In this document: positions 9,242 through 19,018 of the stretch, piece by piece | Position numbering within the stretch: position 1 is the first letter of the stretch | How the letters are laid out: each line of letters begins with the position of its first letter | DNA from: Armatimonadota bacterium | GTDB lineage: Bacteria; Armatimonadota; UBA5829; DSUL01 | NCBI GenBank assembly: GCA_039811685.1 | Contig: JBDHZC010000006.1 | Location: 1-64,000, forward strand | Reading direction: 5' to 3' | DNA: 64,000 nucleotides | The notes under the pieces: model-generated | Databases searched by the model: none | What the model was told of the DNA's origin: nothing | What the model saw: the letters and a program-made list of their open reading frames with translations, nothing else | Made by a program: the position numbers and the translations under genes

Positions 9242-10944
9242 TTGATCTGTCTGTCAACCTCCTTGCCGTCCACCAGCGTCCGTATCTCTACATCTTTACC
9301 GACGGCGTTGACCGTTGTCGAAACTTCGTCTCCCGGATCGTGGTACTCCAGATATTCAGTATGCTCGCCACTCTCATCCTTCACCACAATCTCAATCTTC
9401 TTTAAGCCGCCACCTTCCGGTACGGTGAAGCGAATATTCAGACGCCTGGTCTGTGATTGTGACACGTTGTCACTGGAGTCAGGCTCTGCACTTGCGTCCG
9501 GCTGTGTGGCTTCAACTGCTGTAGGATCCGGTCCCAGGCTCACAGTCAAGTCTATCACCGCATTGCGCTCTGCGCGAGTTCCCGATTTTGGACTCTGCGA
9601 CACCACGTCTCCAGCCGGAACTGATGAGGAATACACAGTCCGCGCATCTCCGACTGCAAAGGACGCATCAGCCAGCACCTGCCGGGCGCGCGCCTCTGAC
9701 ATTCCGGCCACTGATGGAACCTTCCTATAGCGAGGTCCCTTGCTCACGAAGATCTGTACAACAGTTCCCTTCTTGACCGGCTCACCGGCCTGCGGCGTCG
9801 TAAAATAGATCTGCCCCTCGTCGTACTTTTCGTTGAAGTCTTCTCTTTCCAGAGCCATCTCCAGCCCCACCTGCTCAAGATGAGTGCGCGCGTCCGTGGC
9901 CGTCATGCCCGTGACATCCGGCACATTGACGTCGGGTGGAGTGGATCGAAAGAGAGCTACAAACGCGACTCCAACGACCAGGGCAACTACGCCGACCAGT
10001 AAGAGACTCTTTCCCAGAAACTGCCAGACCGTCTCCTCTCGCTGTCTCTGCGGCTCTGCGGTGGAAGCAGTCTGCGCTGGATGATCCTGCGGCGACCACG
10101 CCAGGGATTTGCCGAGACGCAACGACTCCTGAGCGCTTCGCAAATCACTGAGAAGATCCTGAACGCTCGGATAGCGGGCTTCCGGCGTCTTTTCAAGAGC
10201 TTTCGAGATGATGCCGTCAATAGCCCGTGGAACGCCGGTATTAAGGGCGCGGGCAGATGGTACGGGATCGCGAGCGTGCTGAACGGCTATGGCAAGCGGT
10301 GTGTCTGCGTCGAATGGCAAAGCGCCCGTCATCATCTCATAGAGAATAATCCCCAGCGAGTAAATGTCGCTTTGCTCATCCGGCCGCGCTCCGTCAAAAA
10401 TCTCAGGCGCCGCATAGTGTGCCGTGCGCATCAGGTCCAGTGACCGCCTGTCCTCCTGTGCCACAGAAGCCAGCGCCAGACCCGCTCCCGTGATTTTTAC
10501 CTCACCTTCGGGCCCTATCAGCACCTTCTGTGGCCGCAGATCGCCGTGGACAATACCGTTTCTGTGCAGATAATCCAGCCCCTGAGCCATTGAGAGCGCA
10601 ATGTCCACAGCGGCTGAAACCGTAAAAGGCGCAATGCGTCGAATGCGCTCTTTGAGATCAATGCCGCGAACGTGCTCTTCGGCGATGTAAGTGGCATCCG
10701 CACTGGTGTCAGCCTCAAAGACCTTAGTCAGGTTGGGGTGAGACAGCGGAACCAGAAGCCGAGCGCGCGTAATCAGCCGGGAGCAAAACTCAGCGTCCGA
10801 TGCGTACTCCGGCTTCAGAACCTTTGTCGCAATCAGCCGGTTCATCACTTTGTCACGGGTGCGAAAGACCGTGAAGTAGGCGCCTTCGCCTGTCTTTTCC
10901 AGTATTTCGTAGCGGAAGTTAACGACCTGACCAATTGCAGGCAT
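9238..10944 (-). CDS. PknB/PrkC-like membrane Ser/Thr kinase-fold protein with two PASTA domains; catalytic motifs degenerate
   Basis: Kinase subdomains (LSHPNL, YAAPE, SDIYSLGIILYEMMTG), one TM helix, PASTA repeats (VPDVTGM, VPSVAGM). HGDLRPQK replaces HRDxKPxN and GAG replaces DFG. Confidence 0.88.
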   Translation of the reverse strand: MPAIGQVVNFRYEILEKTGEGAYFTVFRTRDKVMNRLIATKVLKPEYASDAEFCSRLITRARLLVPLSHPNLTKVFEADTSADATYIAEEHVRGIDLKERIRRIAPFTVSAAVDIALSMAQGLDYLHRNGIVHGDLRPQKVLIGPEGEVKITGAGLALASVAQEDRRSLDLMRTAHYAAPEIFDGARPDEQSDIYSLGIILYEMMTGALPFDADTPLAIAVQHARDPVPSARALNTGVPRAIDGIISKALEKTPEARYPSVQDLLSDLRSAQESLRLGKSLAWSPQDHPAQTASTAEPQRQREETVWQFLGKSLLLVGVVALVVGVAFVALFRSTPPDVNVPDVTGMTATDARTHLEQVGLEMALEREDFNEKYDEGQIYFTTPQAGEPVKKGTVVQIFVSKGPRYRKVPSVAGMSEARARQVLADASFAVGDARTVYSSSVPAGDVVSQSPKSGTRAERNAVIDLTVSLGPDPTAVEATQPDASAEPDSSDNVSQSQTRRLNIRFTVPEGGGLKKIEIVVKDESGEHTEYLEYHDPGDEVSTTVNAVGKDVEIRTLVDGKEVDRQIK

Positions 10945-10956
10945 CGCAACCCTCCT

Positions 10957-11244
10957 TTATGCCCTGTCGCCCCGAAAATGGTGGACCAAGCCGTTTACAC
11001 ACCGCGCGACTCCGGCAACGGCTACCAGTAGCCAGATGTAGCCAATGCGATCAAGAGCGGCCGTGTCAATTGAGATGCCAGCCAGCGACACGACGACAAG
11101 AATCCAGGACACAACCGCCAGGCCGGCCCAGATCCCCAATAGCAGCGTTGCGAGGCGTTGCACTCCGGTCGCATGCTCTGAGTCTGAGGAAACGGGCACT
11201 TTCAGTTCAGGAGACTTCTTGACTCTCATGTATGACTGACGCAA
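10957..11244 (-). CDS. Small hypothetical membrane protein (2 TM), start uncertain
   Basis: Fills the aroB-kinase gap, has two hydrophobic segments and overlaps the aroB 3' end. Confidence 0.55.
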   Translation of the reverse strand: MRQSYMRVKKSPELKVPVSSDSEHATGVQRLATLLLGIWAGLAVVSWILVVVSLAGISIDTAALDRIGYIWLLVAVAGVARCVNGLVHHFRGDRA

Positions 11245-12301
11245 CCATCTCCGGTGTTACAGCCTCACTCAATTCAACCTGTCCAATACCGCGAGCCAGT
11301 ACAAATCGTACGCGCCCACCTTTGGATTTCTTATCCAACGCAATAGACTTCAGCATGGTGTCCCGGTCCAGCTCCGCAGGAACCTCAACAGGCAACCCAA
11401 AGCTGGCCAGCACGCTTCGTATCTCCTGGCATTCTGAGTCACTGAGCATTCCGACCATCACGCTGAGCCGTGAAGCCTGCACCATTCCGATGGACACAGC
11501 TTCACCGTGCTTGATACCGCTGTACTTCCCCGCAGCTTCCACTGCGTGGCCTATCGTGTGGCCGTAGTTGAGGATGGCGCGCAGTCCCGACTCCCGCTCA
11601 TCATTTGTGACAACGTACGCTTTGAGCTCACAGGAGCGCTTGATCGCCTCCACAATCGCCGAAGGCTCCCGGGACAGAAGCTTTCCTCTGTGCGATTTCA
11701 CATAGTCAAAGAACTCTTTGTCCAGGATGATCCCGTATTTTATGACTTCCGCAAGCCCGCTCCGCCGGTCCCTTTTTGGCAGTGTCTCGAGCACATTGGA
11801 GTCAATCAGTACTGCTCTGGGTTGCCAGAATGCGCCAACAAGGTTCTTTCCAATGGGAAGATTCACGCCTACCTTGCCGCCCACACTCGCGTCAACCTGC
11901 GCCAGCAGCGTCGTAGGAATCTGCACAAAATCAACGCCTCGCAACCAACTGGCCGCCGCGAAGCCCGCCAGATCGCCTACTGCCCCACCGCCGAAAGCGG
12001 CCACCGTACTGCTTCGGTCAATACCAGCTCTGGCAAACTCGGAATACAGATGCCGTACCCACGTAAGCGATTTTGCGCTTTCACCATTGGGCGTCTGGAT
12101 AACCGAGCACTCGAGACCTGAGCGGCTCAAAGAACTCTGCAGTTCATTCCCCCACATCTGCCAGACTCGCTTCTGAGTGACGACGGCAAGTCGCTTCTGG
12201 CGGACGGTGGCAGCCAGCACATCTCCAACTCGAGACAGCAGACCCGGCTCAATAGTAATGGAGTAGCTGCGCTCACCGAGGCTAACGGCAACTTCAGCCA
12301 T
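11207..12301 (-). CDS. aroB: 3-dehydroquinate synthase
   Basis: GGGAVGDLAGF, PTTLLAQVDASVGGK, LNYGHTIGHA, HGEAV. Confidence 0.97.
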   Translation of the reverse strand: MAEVAVSLGERSYSITIEPGLLSRVGDVLAATVRQKRLAVVTQKRVWQMWGNELQSSLSRSGLECSVIQTPNGESAKSLTWVRHLYSEFARAGIDRSSTVAAFGGGAVGDLAGFAAASWLRGVDFVQIPTTLLAQVDASVGGKVGVNLPIGKNLVGAFWQPRAVLIDSNVLETLPKRDRRSGLAEVIKYGIILDKEFFDYVKSHRGKLLSREPSAIVEAIKRSCELKAYVVTNDERESGLRAILNYGHTIGHAVEAAGKYSGIKHGEAVSIGMVQASRLSVMVGMLSDSECQEIRSVLASFGLPVEVPAELDRDTMLKSIALDKKSKGGRVRFVLARGIGQVELSEAVTPEMVASVIHESQEVS

Positions 12302-12869
12302 GAGACTGCGCCCCCTGTTGTGTTCTGTACCAGCCTAGAATAAGCTCAGCCACCTTTCGCGGATGCAGCTCTGAAGTATCCAGAGCAAAGTCGTACTCGC
12401 GGTAGATGTCCATGCGCTCCTGTAACATGTCCTTGATGCGCTGCAACGGATCAGGCGCCTGCGCCAGAAGCGGACGCCTTTTGAGTGGCCGCACACGCTG
12501 CAGAATAACCTCTGGAGCCGCCGTCAGGAGCACAACTGCAGCCCCTTCACGCAGGGCCCTGCGGTTCTCTTCCAGAAGCGGCAGGCCACCCCCTGTCGAG
12601 ACCACGCGCCTGGGCTTTGACAGGGCTTCTCTCAGTGCCAGAGTTTCCTGCCGCCGGAACTCAAGTTCGCCCTGCGTCCTGAAAATGCGCGCTACCGACA
12701 TGCCCACAGCCTGCTCCACCAGACGGTCGGTGTCCAAAAACCCATACGCCAGCGCGTGCGCCAGATTGCGTCCCGCCGATGTCTTGCCCACACCCATAAA
12801 GCCTATCAGCGCGATGGGCCTGTCTGCAAGAGCTTTATCGCCGGTCTCCTCCAGGGTGGCGGCGGTCAA
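12294..12869 (-). CDS. aroK: Shikimate kinase
   Basis: GFMGVGKT, DTD, GELEFR, STGGG, RPLL. Confidence 0.95.
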   Translation of the reverse strand: MTAATLEETGDKALADRPIALIGFMGVGKTSAGRNLAHALAYGFLDTDRLVEQAVGMSVARIFRTQGELEFRRQETLALREALSKPRRVVSTGGGLPLLEENRRALREGAAVVLLTAAPEVILQRVRPLKRRPLLAQAPDPLQRIKDMLQERMDIYREYDFALDTSELHPRKVAELILGWYRTQQGAQSHG

Positions 12870-12872
12870 ACT

Positions 12873-14078
12873 CTAGCACTCACTGCTGTCCTGAGCGACA
12901 GACGCGGACACACTCTTGCCCTGCTTCCGGTGAGCGCTGCGTATCTGCTCCAGGTTGGCCAGAATATCCGACATATTGTCTCCACCAAAGCGCTCGAGAA
13001 AAGCATCTGCCAAAACCATGGCCAGCATGGCCTCTCCGATCACTCCGGCGGCAGGCACGGCACACACGTCAGAGCGCTCTACGTGCGCGGGACTCGGCTC
13101 TTTGGTGTGAATGTTAACGCTCTTGAGAGGACGCATCAGCGTTGACAGGGGCTTTTTCGCCACGCGAACTACAATCGGCTCGCCGTTAGACACACCACCT
13201 TCCAGGCCCCCCATGTGGTTGGAAGAACGAGTGTAGCCCTGCCCGTCCCATCCGATCTCGTCCATAACTTCGGAGCCCATCTTGCGGGCGGCCGCAAAGC
13301 CGTCGCCAATCTCGACACCCTTCATCGCCTGAATGCTCATCATCGCCATAGCAATCCGCGCATCCAGCCGCCTGTCCCACTGGACATATGTGCCGAGCCC
13401 CACCGGCGCTCCTGTGGCGACCACCTCGAAGATGCCTCCGAGTGTATCCCTGTCCGCTTTTGCCTGATCAATGAGATCCACCATCCGCTGCGAGGCATCC
13501 CCATCCGCACAACGCACGGGAGATTCTTCCGCCAGGCGCGCAATTTCAGAGTAGTCCGAAGGCAGTGAAGAGACTTCAACCGGACCAATGCTGACAACGT
13601 GGCTGAAGATGTGAACACCCGCGTCTTCCAGCAACCTGCGCGCGAGCGCTCCGCAGGCCACGCGCATGGTTGTTTCTCTCGCGCTCGCGCGCTCGAGGGC
13701 GTTGCGCATATCTTCAAAACCGTACTTGATATGTCCGACAAGATCGGCATGCCCGGGCCGCGGCACACTGACAACGCGGCGCGTATTCTCTTCGTCCGTT
13801 GGCGCAACAGACATTTTGTCTGACCAACTCCGCCAATCTGCGTTGCGCACGAGGAGCGAGACCGGCCCGCCGGTGGTTTGGCCGAAACGAACTCCGCCGA
13901 GTATCTCCGCCTGATCTGTCTCAATCTTCATGCGGCCGCCGCGCCCGTGGCCCTGCTGGCGGCGCCACAGTTGATGATTGATCTGTTCCACACTGACATG
14001 AAGCCCGGCTGGTAGCCCGTCCACAATCGCGCTGAGCGCCTGCCCGTGGGATTCTCCAGCCGTCAAAAATCGTAACAT
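12873..14078 (-). CDS. aroC: Chorismate synthase
   Basis: MLRFLTAGESHG, RRQQGHGRGGR, RPGHAD, ERASARET, ERSD. Confidence 0.97.
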   Translation of the reverse strand: MLRFLTAGESHGQALSAIVDGLPAGLHVSVEQINHQLWRRQQGHGRGGRMKIETDQAEILGGVRFGQTTGGPVSLLVRNADWRSWSDKMSVAPTDEENTRRVVSVPRPGHADLVGHIKYGFEDMRNALERASARETTMRVACGALARRLLEDAGVHIFSHVVSIGPVEVSSLPSDYSEIARLAEESPVRCADGDASQRMVDLIDQAKADRDTLGGIFEVVATGAPVGLGTYVQWDRRLDARIAMAMMSIQAMKGVEIGDGFAAARKMGSEVMDEIGWDGQGYTRSSNHMGGLEGGVSNGEPIVVRVAKKPLSTLMRPLKSVNIHTKEPSPAHVERSDVCAVPAAGVIGEAMLAMVLADAFLERFGGDNMSDILANLEQIRSAHRKQGKSVSASVAQDSSEC

Positions 14079-14222
14079 TAATGTATCCTGGATATTTTCA
14101 ATAGTTGTAAGAGACTGAGCAATCGCCCGCCAGCGGCCAACAGCGCGCACTTGCAGATAACACCGCTCGAACCTGTGCAGGCTGCCTCAGCAAGAGTATA
14201 TCAGAAGGGCCTCCGAAATGCG

Positions 14223-14254
14223 AAAACGGCAGGCTCCCTGCGCAGAGCCTGCCG
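14223..14254 (-). terminator. Rho-independent terminator after the secretin gene
   Basis: Stem CGGCAGGCTC/GAGCCTGCCG followed by TTTT on the minus strand. Confidence 0.75.
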
Positions 14255-14308
14255 CTCTCAACTCTTTCTCCGTCCCACTCTTTGCGTGCGGGACATACAG
14301 AAACGAGA

Positions 14309-16045
14309 CTACGGTGAAATCACGCCGACTCCACCACTGGTCTGTCGCTCTTCCACTACGGTAGGTGTGATAAAGATCAGCGTTTCTGTATCCTGATTCA
14401 GATTGAACCGGCTGCGGAACAGCCCGCCGATAAGAGGCAGATCGCCGAGGATCGGCACGCGACTACCGCCGCTGGTGTCATTCTTCTGAATGAAGCCGCC
14501 TACGACGATCGTTTCTCCGTTAGCGACGCGACGCGCGGTTGACAGTGTCTGCTGGTTAATAATCGGCGCCTGCTCACCGTTAGGACCGGTAACAAAACCC
14601 GCTGTATTCTGTACCTGCGGCTGCATAATCAGCGTAATCGAATTGTCGCCGTTGATTTGCGGCAGAATGTTGAGCTGTGTGCTGGCATCAATGTAGGTGA
14701 CCTGCGAGGAGGTGACTGGCGGCCCAGTATTCCCCACGGTTGTCACAGACTGGTAGAAAGGAATCTGACGTCCGACACTCAGTGTCGCTGCGGTATTGTT
14801 GAGCGTAGAGATGATCGGCGCGTTGACAATCTTGCCGGTATCGGTAGTCAACTCAGCGCGCAGGTTAGCCGTAAGGTTTCCGGATTGCACGTAGCCAATG
14901 ACGTTCCCGCTCGGCCGGAAATCGGTCTGCAGGAGATAGTTCGGGCGGCTGAGCAGCCAGTCCAGCCCAAGCCTTCGCGACTCTGACGTGCTGACCTCGA
15001 CAAACTCCGCCTTGATCATAACTTGCTTCGGCGGCAAATCCACCAGCGTGATGAGGTCTTTGAGCTCCTGAATCGCGTCGTCTTCCCCTTTTACGAGAAG
15101 CGCATTCTCCTGATCAAGAGGAATAATCGCGTCAATTCCGTCCGGCCGAAGATTGTCTGTGCCAGTACCTGTGGTAGTCGTGCCCGTTCCAGGCTGAGCG
15201 GGTGAAGTCGTTGTCCCGGGTCGCGTAGTAGTAGTGGAGCCACGGTTGAACGGCGGCCTCACAACCTGGTTCGCAGTCTGAGCGGGGTCAGCGGCTCTGT
15301 TCGCGACTTGCGAGTTTACACTGTCTGTTGTCGGCGCAGCCGGCGGCACAGGGCTGGCATTGATGTAAATCGGCTGCTGTTGCGGTTGATCCACGATGCG
15401 AACCGGATCGTTACCGGGGTTGATGATGTCAACTTTGGGCCCCCACTTGCCGCGGAAGACATCCAGGCTGCCACCAGCCCAAGGGGTAGCGCGCGCAGTC
15501 GGATCAGTCGCTTCACCGGCCGGTAGAGCGCCAATTGAGATCATCGCCATCTTGGAGTTGATGTTGTGGAGGACAATTTTCTCGAAGTGCTTACGCGGCT
15601 TTGGCTCAGGCGCAACAACCAGAGGCTGAGGCTCTGGCTGCAGGACGGGCGAAGTATCAAATGTCGGCGCGGTGGGTTCGCTGACCTGATCTGGTACGTC
15701 GGCTCCAACGATGTAAGTACCATCCGCAAGCCTTGCCAGCTTGACACCCGCAGTGAGAGTCACCGTCCTGAGGATACTGTCCAGTGGCTTATCTTTCAGG
15801 GTAACGCTGACGGGCGTTGACATCTGATCGTTTGTGGGGAAAGCAATCCCGATGCCACTCTCCTTCATAAGGAGTTGCAGGACGTCCTTCAGAGGAGCCG
15901 CCGAGACATCCAGCGTCAGCAGCGGTCCGGCATCTGTCCCAGCGCTTGGCTGTGCCGCGCTGACAGCGCTGCTGGGCGACAAGCTCAGCAGACCGGGCAC
16001 ACCCAAAGCCAATGCACAGATCGTTACGATACAGGCACGACGCAA
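14309..16045 (-). CDS. pilQ: Secretin (PilQ/GspD family)
   Basis: Signal peptide, N0/STN-like domain, N3 (ENALLVKG...LVDLPPKQVMIKAEFVEV), secretin core (GETIVVGG, VPILGDLPLIGGLFR, TLIFITPTVV). Confidence 0.9.
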   Translation of the reverse strand: MRRACIVTICALALGVPGLLSLSPSSAVSAAQPSAGTDAGPLLTLDVSAAPLKDVLQLLMKESGIGIAFPTNDQMSTPVSVTLKDKPLDSILRTVTLTAGVKLARLADGTYIVGADVPDQVSEPTAPTFDTSPVLQPEPQPLVVAPEPKPRKHFEKIVLHNINSKMAMISIGALPAGEATDPTARATPWAGGSLDVFRGKWGPKVDIINPGNDPVRIVDQPQQQPIYINASPVPPAAPTTDSVNSQVANRAADPAQTANQVVRPPFNRGSTTTTRPGTTTSPAQPGTGTTTTGTGTDNLRPDGIDAIIPLDQENALLVKGEDDAIQELKDLITLVDLPPKQVMIKAEFVEVSTSESRRLGLDWLLSRPNYLLQTDFRPSGNVIGYVQSGNLTANLRAELTTDTGKIVNAPIISTLNNTAATLSVGRQIPFYQSVTTVGNTGPPVTSSQVTYIDASTQLNILPQINGDNSITLIMQPQVQNTAGFVTGPNGEQAPIINQQTLSTARRVANGETIVVGGFIQKNDTSGGSRVPILGDLPLIGGLFRSRFNLNQDTETLIFITPTVVEERQTSGGVGVISP

Positions 16046-16393
16046 ATAACCAACCTCCTCACGAAAGAAGCGCCTTCAGCCAACAACTAAGGCGCGGCGC
16101 GCACACCTCTTAACACTCTCTGGGTGAGACGCACATCAGAATTGCGACTCTCAATGCCAGACAAGCGCCAAGCCTTAACGGGAAACGATGAGACTTCGAG
16201 TCTCACCCGCCCGTTCCGCAGGCTTCTTGGCCAATGGATGGCCTGAAACCTCTCCAGGTCCTTTACTGACACAAGGGCTCTTGACCCCGAAGCGCGTTGC
16301 GGCCATTGCGCACGAGTCCAGGCGCAAGCTTTGCAGTACTACCGCGCACGCTCGAGTCTCAGGCGATGGAGTACGCAAAAGAGATGACCTTCC

Positions 16394-17167
16394 TTAGAAA
16401 CCGCCATAGCGTCCACCAAGACCACCGCCACCAAAGCTACCGCCACCAAAGCCGCCCCGATTGAAACCACCTCCAAAGCTGCTCCCGCCGAAGCTGCTTC
16501 CGCCGTAGCCACCGAAGCTGCTGCCACCAAAACCACCGCCAAAGCCGCCCATCCCGCCGCCAAAGCCACCCATGCCACCATAGCCGCCACTCATACCGCC
16601 ATAGCCGCCACCCATGCCACCATAGCCACCCATGCCACCTCCACCGAGAGTGAACTGGTTCGCGCGGCTAATAACAGCCGTAGCCCCGAAAAGCTGACCG
16701 ATGTCGGCCGCGGTCGCGAAATTCAAAGAGATCTTCTGAACACGCTTCTCCGGTTCGACCGTCTCCTGGGCTGGCTCTTCAGTGGTTGGAGTTTGAGCAA
16801 GCTGTGACTGGTCCGGCGTTGGCTTGACCTGAATCTCATAGAGATTGTTGTCAGAGCGGCGGAATGTCAACTGCGGGCTGTTTGCCCGCAGGATCGCTCT
16901 CAAAGCCTGCTCGAACGGCACATCGCGCAAAGAGACTGTGACGCTGCCATCCACGTCACTGGCGACAGTGTTGTTGAACGGCACGAATTTGAACAGGGCC
17001 TGCACGGCGGCGCGGATCGGAGCGTTCACAAGTTCAAGCGTGATGGGCTTGTTGCGCAGCTCGCCTGCGGCGGCGTCAGCAGAACCCTGGGCGCTTACTG
17101 GCGCACTGGTAGCGACCATGGAGATCGCGACTGCTATGCAGACACCTAATGTAATTCTTCTAAGCAT
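16394..17167 (-). CDS. Stand-alone secretin N-terminal (N0/STN + partial N1) protein with Gly/Tyr/Phe-rich low-complexity tail
   Basis: Signal peptide; ITLELVNAPIRAAVQALF...VTVSLRDVPFEQALRAILR; ~80-aa GGYGG/GGFGG tail; AGGAG before ATG 17167. Confidence 0.75.
   Translation of the reverse strand: MLRRITLGVCIAVAISMVATSAPVSAQGSADAAAGELRNKPITLELVNAPIRAAVQALFKFVPFNNTVASDVDGSVTVSLRDVPFEQALRAILRANSPQLTFRRSDNNLYEIQVKPTPDQSQLAQTPTTEEPAQETVEPEKRVQKISLNFATAADIGQLFGATAVISRANQFTLGGGGMGGYGGMGGGYGGMSGGYGGMGGFGGGMGGFGGGFGGSSFGGYGGSSFGGSSFGGGFNRGGFGGGSFGGGGLGGRYGGF
16397..16645 (-). repeat. Coding low-complexity repeat (GG[YFM]GG)n
   Basis: Imperfect tandem units such as GCCACCCATGCCACCATAGCC on the + strand. 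Confidence 0.85.
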
Positions 17168-17312
17168 CGAAAAGACTCCTTTCGGGTCCCAGACTTCTTG
17201 AGTCACATACTCTCTCATCTATGTCTTACCAGACCCAGATGTCTAATTAACAGCTCTGCGTTGGCCAAGCGGCAGAGGTTCATACGGGGACAACTTGGAA
17301 GTGAGTCACCGC

Positions 17313-17341
17313 TTAGACGATGACGCACGTCTCACTGTTCC
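17313..17341 (-). promoter_or_regulatory. Putative ECF-sigma promoter GGAAC-N17-CGTCTAA
   Basis: Minus strand GGAAC agtgagacgtgcgtcat CGTCTAA; same architecture as 32676-32704. Confidence 0.5.
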
Positions 17342-17352
17342 CCAAACCAGGG

Positions 17353-18150
17353 CTAAGGCGCCGGCACCTCTGGCCCCCGTCCGCGAATGCCCCGCGGCGC
17401 AGGAGGCATGGGTACCGGCCCACCACGCCCCGGCCTCGGAGCCGGAGCGGTAGCCGCTGGATTGCGCGGCTGCGGCTGCCCGGCGGATTTTGGCACTTCC
17501 ACGTACTGGGGTGTCCTTGTCCTAGTAGAGCGCAGGATCACCCGATCCGGCAGAATCCGGTCCACAACCAGATTCTCATCAAGCTGCTGGCCCGGCGCCA
17601 CGATCTCTGATCGCCGACCCTCTGTTTCTATGATCGCAAAAACTCGATCATTCTTCAACAATCCGGCCATTCTTCTTTGCGGCTGAGGCGGCAGGGTGTC
17701 TTCGATCTCTGTTTGTCCAACCACGACTGGCTTGAGCTTGCGGATATCAGGAGGCTGAAATCGGGACGCAAAAGCCACCTTTGCCCTCTTTGGCTTCTGT
17801 CCAAACACCGGCCGAAATGGGTCTGGACGGTACATCTCCAGTGGTGGTTCAGCCTTCTCAGTGCCCGCTGCGGATGCAGTCTGCACAGGCTGCGCGCCTG
17901 TCTGAGCCTCAGGGCTGCCGCCCGGCGCAGGCGACGCGCCAGGAGCGGGTGTCGCCATCGGTGGCTGTCCCGGAATCTCGCCCGGCGCGCCCGGTGTCAC
18001 TGGAGGCGCCTGCACTTCCTCTCCGCCGCCACCGCCGCCAGAGAAAACAAAAAAGTAGAGGACGCCGACAAGCACCAGGATCCCGACAAAGCCACCCAGG
18101 ATAATCGGCATATTCTTCTTGTCGTTAAGCCACGCTTGCAGCGATTCCAT
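17353..18150 (-). CDS. PilP/GspC-like protein, anchored by an N-terminal TM helix
   Basis: Follows the pilO-like gene; RPDPFRP motif and HR-like domain (FAIIE...VAPGQQL...VDRILPDRVIL); no lipobox. Confidence 0.65.
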   Translation of the reverse strand: MESLQAWLNDKKNMPIILGGFVGILVLVGVLYFFVFSGGGGGGEEVQAPPVTPGAPGEIPGQPPMATPAPGASPAPGGSPEAQTGAQPVQTASAAGTEKAEPPLEMYRPDPFRPVFGQKPKRAKVAFASRFQPPDIRKLKPVVVGQTEIEDTLPPQPQRRMAGLLKNDRVFAIIETEGRRSEIVAPGQQLDENLVVDRILPDRVILRSTRTRTPQYVEVPKSAGQPQPRNPAATAPAPRPGRGGPVPMPPAPRGIRGRGPEVPAP

Positions 18151-18215
18151 AAAATCCTGAAGTCAACCTTCCAAACGCGACTGAAACTTTCGGCCGCGAC
18201 ACTACAATAATTACG

Positions 18216-18998
18216 CTAAGGCGCGGGAGGCACCGGCGCGCCCGGTTGCGCCATCTGCGGAGCCGGTGGAGTCATAACCGGCGCAGGCTGAGCGCCCATT
18301 GGACTCGCGGGTGGCGGCATCGGCGCACCGCCCGCCATTCCGGCCTGTTGATCCTGAGCGCCAGCCGCTGGCGCCATAGCAACCTGCGCGCCAGCAGTGC
18401 CCCTCGGAAACCACAGAACTGTGAGATCGTATGACCCGGTCAGATTGGGACTGACTCCCGAGAGAGTGACCGGGCCGACCTGCACCAGCCTGCCGAAACG
18501 GTTCCACCCTTCTATACTGCGCATGATGTCGTAAAAGTCCCCCTGCACCGAGATGGACCCGATATGTATCTTCATCAACCCATCCTGCAGGTTGTTAGGG
18601 TTGGTCGTTGCCGCCGGAATACTGACAGTTGATCCCATTTCAACGCCGAAACGCCGGGGCCAGTTCTCCAGCATGGGGCCAAGCACTTCGGCATGTTCTC
18701 GCCACAATGCAATCATGCCCTGCGTCCGATCCGCAAAAGAGATCTCAGGCATCTTGCTGAGTTCGTATTTGCGGTAGTCAAGCTGTGCCTGCAGTCTGTC
18801 CCGCTCGGCCTGCTCAAGTTCCCGCTGGCGCAGCGGAAGCTCCGCGGCTTTGGCCACCACCTCTTGACGCTGTTTGTCAACCTGCGTAAATTTCTCCATC
18901 CGGGGCCGCACCAGCAGGAAAAACATCCCCACCCCGATGATGAGCGAGAGCACCACACCAACGATGATGACCTGTAATTTTGTGAGCTTATCTAGCAT
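18216..18998 (-). CDS. pilO: PilO-like pilus alignment protein
   Basis: N-terminal TM, coiled coil, SVQGDFYDIMRSIEGWNRFGRLVQV resembling the PilO core; operon position. Confidence 0.7.
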   Translation of the reverse strand: MLDKLTKLQVIIVGVVLSLIIGVGMFFLLVRPRMEKFTQVDKQRQEVVAKAAELPLRQRELEQAERDRLQAQLDYRKYELSKMPEISFADRTQGMIALWREHAEVLGPMLENWPRRFGVEMGSTVSIPAATTNPNNLQDGLMKIHIGSISVQGDFYDIMRSIEGWNRFGRLVQVGPVTLSGVSPNLTGSYDLTVLWFPRGTAGAQVAMAPAAGAQDQQAGMAGGAPMPPPASPMGAQPAPVMTPPAPQMAQPGAPVPPAP

Positions 18999-19018
18999 GA
19001 ATCAAAACTGTTACTGTG

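Noticed and set aside
16180..16215. GGAAACGATGA start resembling a c-di-GMP-II riboswitch
   Set aside because: Wrong strand for the downstream gene and lacks the GGCAC/GTGC pseudoknot elements.
16397..16645. Tandem repeats as a CRISPR array or VNTR
   Set aside because: In-frame Gly codon repeats with synonymous variation; no spacers or cas genes.
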